A stretch of 64,000 bases of DNA from an uncultured virus (IMG/VR IMGVR_UViG_3300032294_002400) (Duplodnaviria > Heunggongvirae > Uroviricota > Caudoviricetes): the IMG/VR virus record IMGVR_UViG_3300032294_002400. The stretch is one strand, 5' to 3'. The notes under the pieces are model-generated. The model worked only from the letters and a program-made list of their open reading frames with translations, did not search any database and was not told the DNA's origin. Positions 59,701 to 64,000 of the stretch are shown piece by piece. Every line of letters starts with the position of its first letter. Within the stretch, counting starts at the first letter, position 1. The translations under genes and the position numbers were made by a program.

Positions 59701-62700
59701 TCTACGAGCGTCGTATCGCAACAGGTGATTCACTTGACAAGGTCGCAAAAGATCTCGGAATTCCTCGTGAAGAAGTTCGTCGCCTAGAAGCAGAGTACGG
59801 ACGCACCCTTGACGGCGGCACCCCTGGCGAGCCTACAACTCCTCCAACTGGCGAAGGAGACTCTAGAAAGTCTTACACAGTTGATTTTGCATTAGACTCA
59901 GATAGTTACGATGAAATTGGTCTTGACCCCGAGAAAGACTACACTGATGAAGAAGTTGCAAATGCCTGGATTAAGTCAAAAGGTCTTGACGGTAAGGTAG
60001 AGTTTGTAAAAGCAGACAACCCTTCAGGTCAATGGCCAGAGTTTACATTTAAGATTGATGAAAACAGCAAGGACGCTTTTGCTGAAGCTTATGGATACGA
60101 TTCATGGAGTGACCTCAATGAAGACCAGCAGTTTGATGAAGGTGATGGCGACGGCCCAAATGAGCCTACAACTCCTCCAACTGGCGGAGGAGAAGGAGAT
60201 AACACTCCTGGTGCAGGGTTCGTAGACTACGTTATTGATCTTGCAGAAGATAATCGTGATCTAGGCAAAGACCTAGAAGAAAAACTAGACGATGATGCTG
60301 AAGAAGCTGGCATCGACCTTATGGATCAAATCTACGAGGATGCGTCAGACCGTTTTGATCTGTCACAAGATATTGCAGACAATAAGCCAGATGACATGTC
60401 TGATGATGAATTTGTCGAAGACGCAGTTGCTAAGATGCGCGAGCAGCTTTCAGACATTGTAGACGCGGCAATTGAAGAGCGTCGTTCATTAGAAGACGAC
60501 GAAGAGCTTGAAGTTGATTTTGATAGAGATGCGTTTATCGACGCTGCAGCAAATCGCTTTGAAGAGCTTCTTCGTAATGAGCTAGATGGCATGGGTGATG
60601 AAGACGGCGAAGGCCCAGGCGAACCACCTGCTCCACCATCAGGCGGAACTCCACCAAAGACTCCAAGCCCAAGTACACCTTCTGCTCCTGGACTCTTCTC
60701 CGAGTTTGAAGCACCAGATGGCGCTTTCAAGTTGCGCACAGCTGACTACGACCCAGAAGGTCGCGTAGACGAGCGAAGCACAGACTTTACAGATGACCCA
60801 GAGCGTCTTGCAACTAAGTTTACAGTTCAAGATCTTATTGCCGCGTTCTCTGAGGCAATCATTGGAAACTCTTCAGACGCTGCTGTTGCTGAGATTCTTA
60901 ACGTAAACGTTGATGATGATAACGAGCTAGACGCTCCATCAGAGGTCGACCTTGACGCGGACATTCCTCAGGTATCTTTAGGAACTCCTTCTGGCGCTGG
61001 ACGTCTAGAGTTTAATGCAGGTGAAGAGTTCGTACCCGCCGAGGCATTGTTTAATGCGCTATGGCATGCAGGAGTCGACCCTAACCGCGTTCTAGCGAAC
61101 GTATATGACTCTGTAACTGGAGACAACAAGAACCTAGCAAAGCTTATCGACGCGCAGGGTGGAACACCTTCAGCAGAAGAAGCTCAACTAGTAGATGACA
61201 TCACCGCCGAGATTCGTCAAATCAAGGACGCTACTCCAGACGATGAGCCTTCAATTGCAAATCAAAAGGATGAGCCTTCTGAGGAACTTACAGGTTCACT
61301 TCTTGAAAACCTTCCAATTGACTTTGAGAATCCTGACTACTACATCCCAGATTCAAGCTCATATGTCCCATCTCAAGAAGAACCAGATGAGAATGGCTAC
61401 ACTGATAACCCAGAGATTCTTGCAACTGATTATGAAGAAGCAGATCTCATCATGCAGATGCTTGAAGGAATTACAGACGGCTCAGGTGCTGCGCTTCTAA
61501 ACTTTGGTGACATTACGACCGAGGTCCCCGTCGAGGCTATACGTGACGCACTTCAACTGCAAGGTATCAATACAAACGACATCCTCGTAGATCTCAAGCG
61601 TGAATCAAACGACATGTCTGAACCAGAGTCTGATGCACCAACTCTTCAGTTGCACTCACGGATAATTAAGGATCTTGTAGAGCAAACTGGAAACACGCTT
61701 GACGATGACACTGCTGATAACATTCGCGACGCTATCAACGAGCAAGGACTTATTGATTGGTCAGAGGCAGACGAAGCAGAGATCATTGAAGCAATCATTG
61801 ATGTCGCAGGACCTGGCATATTTACTCGTGAAGACAGAAATCCACGCAGATTTGGTCCTACAGCAGGAGAGCAAGCAAGCTTCTCTCCTTTCGCCGATGC
61901 ACTTGAAGGAGAAGAAGACAGTATATCTCCTGAGCAAGCAGAACAACTAGACTCTTCAGCAGAAGCACTTGTTAACTTCTTTACCGGAGGGCTTAACGGA
62001 GCTCGCGTCATTGCATATAACCCTCAAGCTGGCTTGATCGCAGCTAGCACTAAAGAGACTGATCTTGAAGGCAGCCAAATTATTTTGGCGACTGCAGAAG
62101 GAAATGTACAAACCAGCGCGATTGTTGACGAGGAATGGTTTGCGCAAGACGGCGCTCGGCTTGGCTGGGAGCCTGTGTCACAAGAAGTTGTTAACGCTAT
62201 CTATAAAGAAAATGGACGCCTCTTCCCAGATACTGCAATGAGCGCTCCAATTGTGCCAGACGTAGTAGAGACAGAGCCTCAGTCAAATGAAGTTGAAATC
62301 GACTCTCCTGAAAACGTAACTCCACAGTTTAACTACCCAGGTCCTCGTGAAGCTGGGTATACTCCTAATAACGTTGTTCGTGATTCTAATGGAGTTGCAG
62401 TTGGTGCTGGTGCACGCGTGAAAGCACTAGGCGATGGGCGCACAGGAACTATTTTGGCAGTGCAAAATATCGACACCAGAACAGGGCGCGATGCAGACTA
62501 CGTTCGCGTACGGTTTGACGACGGTAAAGTTGCAGTTCGCTCTGCACGTCAGATCTTTGGAATTGAGGGCGGCTCTCCAGTAGCTGAAGGAGAAGGACCA
62601 GGACAACTTCCTCCTGCGCGACGCAACCCAATTGTACAAGATCCTGTGCAAAGATTTAACGAGCCTCCTGCCGCTGGAACTCCTGTTATCGCAGGTGACG

Positions 62701-64000
62701 GAAGTATTCCTGGAGTTAAGTTAGTAGATACTCCTGACGATATTGCAGAGCTTGCTAACCCCGACGCTAAGCAATCAGACTTCGTTGCATGGGGGCTTCG
62801 CGCTCCTGAAATCGCACGAGCTGGACGTGACAGAGCTGCTATCGAGAACATCGTAGACCTTGTAGACAAGGAAAAAGAAGCTAAAATCTTAGCAAATGAC
62901 ACCTCTGCCTCTCCTGAAGAACGAGATAAGGCTAGAAATGATCAAGCAGCATTAGATGCTCAGATTCAAAGGCTTATTAGAGACGCTTTTGGAATTCGTC
63001 CAGGTGTGCAATTTGGAAAAAATAACTACACCATTGGACAATTCGCTAGAGTTAGCTATGATAAATATGCATCTGGTGACATAGAACTTTCTATAGGTTT
63101 TAGAATCCTAAATGAAAACGGCGACGACGTTGGAGAAGGTAGTCGCACTCTTAACGGCAGCGTTGTTCGAAATGCTGATGGCACTTCTACTATTAAGTGG
63201 ACTGCAGTAAACAACCTTCTTAAAATTCCAAACGCAAGAGATAAGAAATCTGGGTTTGTTAATGCCTACAACAGATACATGGAAGACTGGTATATCGCAA
63301 ACGGCTTTGAGAAAGTAAAGGTATACGCCGCAGGTAATGGGCGTGAATGGCAAGGCGGACTTGTCTGGGCTCTTAACGGATTTAACTGGCAAGACAATCA
63401 GGCAAGTGAAGTTCCTACTATTCTTCGCCGTATGGCAAACAAGCCAGGTATTACAGATGAAGAAAAGCAGATTATTAAAAGAATGCAAGATCGCGTTGCA
63501 AAAGATAATCCAACTGGAAACTACACAGCAGACACCGTGCCTACTCCATTAGAAATTGCTCTTATCGGATGGTACCCTGGTGCAACAAGCTGGGCAGGTG
63601 CTAAGTATATGATTGGCACAAGTTGGTATGGACAAAAACGTCTTGACCCACAAGCTATTGAACAGCGTCAAGCTATTAACTACAACCAGTCACGAGAAGC
63701 TCGTAAGCGTATCGATGGTAAGTTAAATCAAGCAGGGATTAGCCGCGAGTTAGTTCTAAAGATGAACAGTAACGAGTTTGCAGATGCTAACCCGGAGCTT
63801 GTTCCGTATCTCGATCAAATTAGAGATGTATTGAGAAATAATCGCTCGCTAGCAGTTCTTTCTCCAGCGGCTAAGACAGCTCTTAACCGATACACTGCAG
63901 GCCAGCTTCTTAAGGGCGAAGGTCGTGAAGCGTCGTTGCAGGATATCTTCAAGCTGCGCACAGCGCTTGACGCAGAGTTTAAAGCTGACAACCCATTGGC
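56766..64000 (+). CDS. Giant (>2400 aa) polyvalent head-associated protein, incomplete at right edge
   Basis: ATG overlaps upstream TAA; sampled positions stay in frame to window end; QWRDKKGRWVEMG motif, HTHs, acidic repeats, GNAT-like segment near 63.1-63.4 kb. Confidence 0.85.
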   Translation, partial: MESPLNKKIQRSLERVAAKKKKDSNYIPVLTLRERVLSLVTEANANALQERHITPRSALTVMDRSIERLSALKGDAKDFAVLREVASYISTAQKTFVASASTHTDLLPQGHPLSSLNASLTPEEYRFKYAQWLAADPDVSHNARPLVAAAFSAQPGSLEREHAFMRLSVTSEKVPGYFKLDPAPIVAAFSSGNSSAARRARVALQWRDKKGRWVEMGRGANFRYRTSSGSVAAASGVYVGVSSPKPGAANQSSAGLIQVTGDKNLPDGIYAVQPNNAETYSARIPAEALKKAGVTPGLRPDQSALGIPTQEEIMASRQDAPTGWTKKDDNTFTSDDNYTVKVTDGEYTLFRQNADGSLGDKVGEGANWADVNDLANNDEEAYDAVKGQDNSAGREEVKARIQGRTKYNEEFDRLEELVKSGVDQNGNTVPAGWEADIKRGAMPEVERRAIGRDRVFGEEGLPYLEYSKTYADDNGNPVTAKAMFMRDGKFYANDKEYDSWDAAEADIPNWIKAEEDKRDRKLTPVKPEEIKLPAFEDGPSDIVNPFEPEPARDDRAGFFDKDGNRLAGPPSGDSEDRPLTPEQLKRISDDIQIPALDRLDKSANPFAPSEIPDYRAGYFDKDGNRLIAPDNVIKPPQDLKVGDEVYIPNVGWRKVKNVSKDERRAEGRRKPVSLYKVEYEDEEGKTGTWKWTPFSEDDQGNKIKGLETRTPIEERLSSLTEEQNKKIDAEIRDLIKNPPAPTEMDKRVEKLLQEQRAEWDKANEENYARVFDGRIGGEYDFLGPEKTRKAKEEFRKNLEKNKKPDGSTPTGSISQQILALRESDSDAKIEGTLDNGVKYTIYKKNVQATWRGETTTVPDVITVDLSGRTFDARQAIKQEMFRWNATDKVWRRTHLGIGPYQYSDPMAIQATLEKLNGGNKLAGKEAILPSAAEMRQQMERNSWTPEILARRNGVSVEEINAILDGDATGKPSGATGKEIYERRIATGDSLDKVAKDLGIPREEVRRLEAEYGRTLDGGTPGEPTTPPTGEGDSRKSYTVDFALDSDSYDEIGLDPEKDYTDEEVANAWIKSKGLDGKVEFVKADNPSGQWPEFTFKIDENSKDAFAEAYGYDSWSDLNEDQQFDEGDGDGPNEPTTPPTGGGEGDNTPGAGFVDYVIDLAEDNRDLGKDLEEKLDDDAEEAGIDLMDQIYEDASDRFDLSQDIADNKPDDMSDDEFVEDAVAKMREQLSDIVDAAIEERRSLEDDEELEVDFDRDAFIDAAANRFEELLRNELDGMGDEDGEGPGEPPAPPSGGTPPKTPSPSTPSAPGLFSEFEAPDGAFKLRTADYDPEGRVDERSTDFTDDPERLATKFTVQDLIAAFSEAIIGNSSDAAVAEILNVNVDDDNELDAPSEVDLDADIPQVSLGTPSGAGRLEFNAGEEFVPAEALFNALWHAGVDPNRVLANVYDSVTGDNKNLAKLIDAQGGTPSAEEAQLVDDITAEIRQIKDATPDDEPSIANQKDEPSEELTGSLLENLPIDFENPDYYIPDSSSYVPSQEEPDENGYTDNPEILATDYEEADLIMQMLEGITDGSGAALLNFGDITTEVPVEAIRDALQLQGINTNDILVDLKRESNDMSEPESDAPTLQLHSRIIKDLVEQTGNTLDDDTADNIRDAINEQGLIDWSEADEAEIIEAIIDVAGPGIFTREDRNPRRFGPTAGEQASFSPFADALEGEEDSISPEQAEQLDSSAEALVNFFTGGLNGARVIAYNPQAGLIAASTKETDLEGSQIILATAEGNVQTSAIVDEEWFAQDGARLGWEPVSQEVVNAIYKENGRLFPDTAMSAPIVPDVVETEPQSNEVEIDSPENVTPQFNYPGPREAGYTPNNVVRDSNGVAVGAGARVKALGDGRTGTILAVQNIDTRTGRDADYVRVRFDDGKVAVRSARQIFGIEGGSPVAEGEGPGQLPPARRNPIVQDPVQRFNEPPAAGTPVIAGDGSIPGVKLVDTPDDIAELANPDAKQSDFVAWGLRAPEIARAGRDRAAIENIVDLVDKEKEAKILANDTSASPEERDKARNDQAALDAQIQRLIRDAFGIRPGVQFGKNNYTIGQFARVSYDKYASGDIELSIGFRILNENGDDVGEGSRTLNGSVVRNADGTSTIKWTAVNNLLKIPNARDKKSGFVNAYNRYMEDWYIANGFEKVKVYAAGNGREWQGGLVWALNGFNWQDNQASEVPTILRRMANKPGITDEEKQIIKRMQDRVAKDNPTGNYTADTVPTPLEIALIGWYPGATSWAGAKYMIGTSWYGQKRLDPQAIEQRQAINYNQSREARKRIDGKLNQAGISRELVLKMNSNEFADANPELVPYLDQIRDVLRNNRSLAVLSPAAKTALNRYTAGQLLKGEGREASLQDIFKLRTALDAEFKADNPL

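Overview
The whole window reads as part of a large tailed dsDNA phage genome. The host is most likely an actinobacterium (inference from two WhiB genes, a DUF3039 gene, many leaderless genes and a portal protein of the actinophage type). Layout: (1) 1-13 kb holds virion or cell-surface decoration genes: collagen-like fibres, a beta-propeller fibre, a sulfotransferase, an APS kinase fusion, glycosyl- and methyltransferases, and a serine recombinase with an adjacent 12-2-12 palindrome. (2) 13-25 kb holds metabolic and regulatory genes (thioredoxin, SpeD, class II RNR, FmdB, two WhiB, tRNA-Gly) and large secreted or surface proteins. (3) An AT-rich gap at about 25.5-25.9 kb marks the switch in gene orientation. 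(4) 26-50 kb is a + strand region built from about 20 repeated promoter+leader cassettes. It includes a MoxR/vWA pair, an S8 protease, an Ntn-protease/phosphatase/deacetylase trio and the large terminase. (5) 50-64 kb is the head module: portal, a Dps-fused multidomain protein and a >2400-aa polyvalent protein that runs off the window. The most striking unexplained signals are at RNA/DNA level. Two promoter-driven, highly structured ncRNA candidates lie at about 9.77-9.98 kb and 39.88-40.17 kb. A covarying mini-pseudoknot occurs twice. Three strong hairpins have loops that are reverse complements of the phage's own translation-leader motifs, suggesting an antisense or loop-kissing translational control system. 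A strand-polarised heptamer (TCACCGC/GCGGTGA) flips orientation at the two AT-rich gaps. Two genes (recombinase, thioredoxin) appear to need non-canonical ATT starts. All family assignments are by eye from motifs; no database searches were run.
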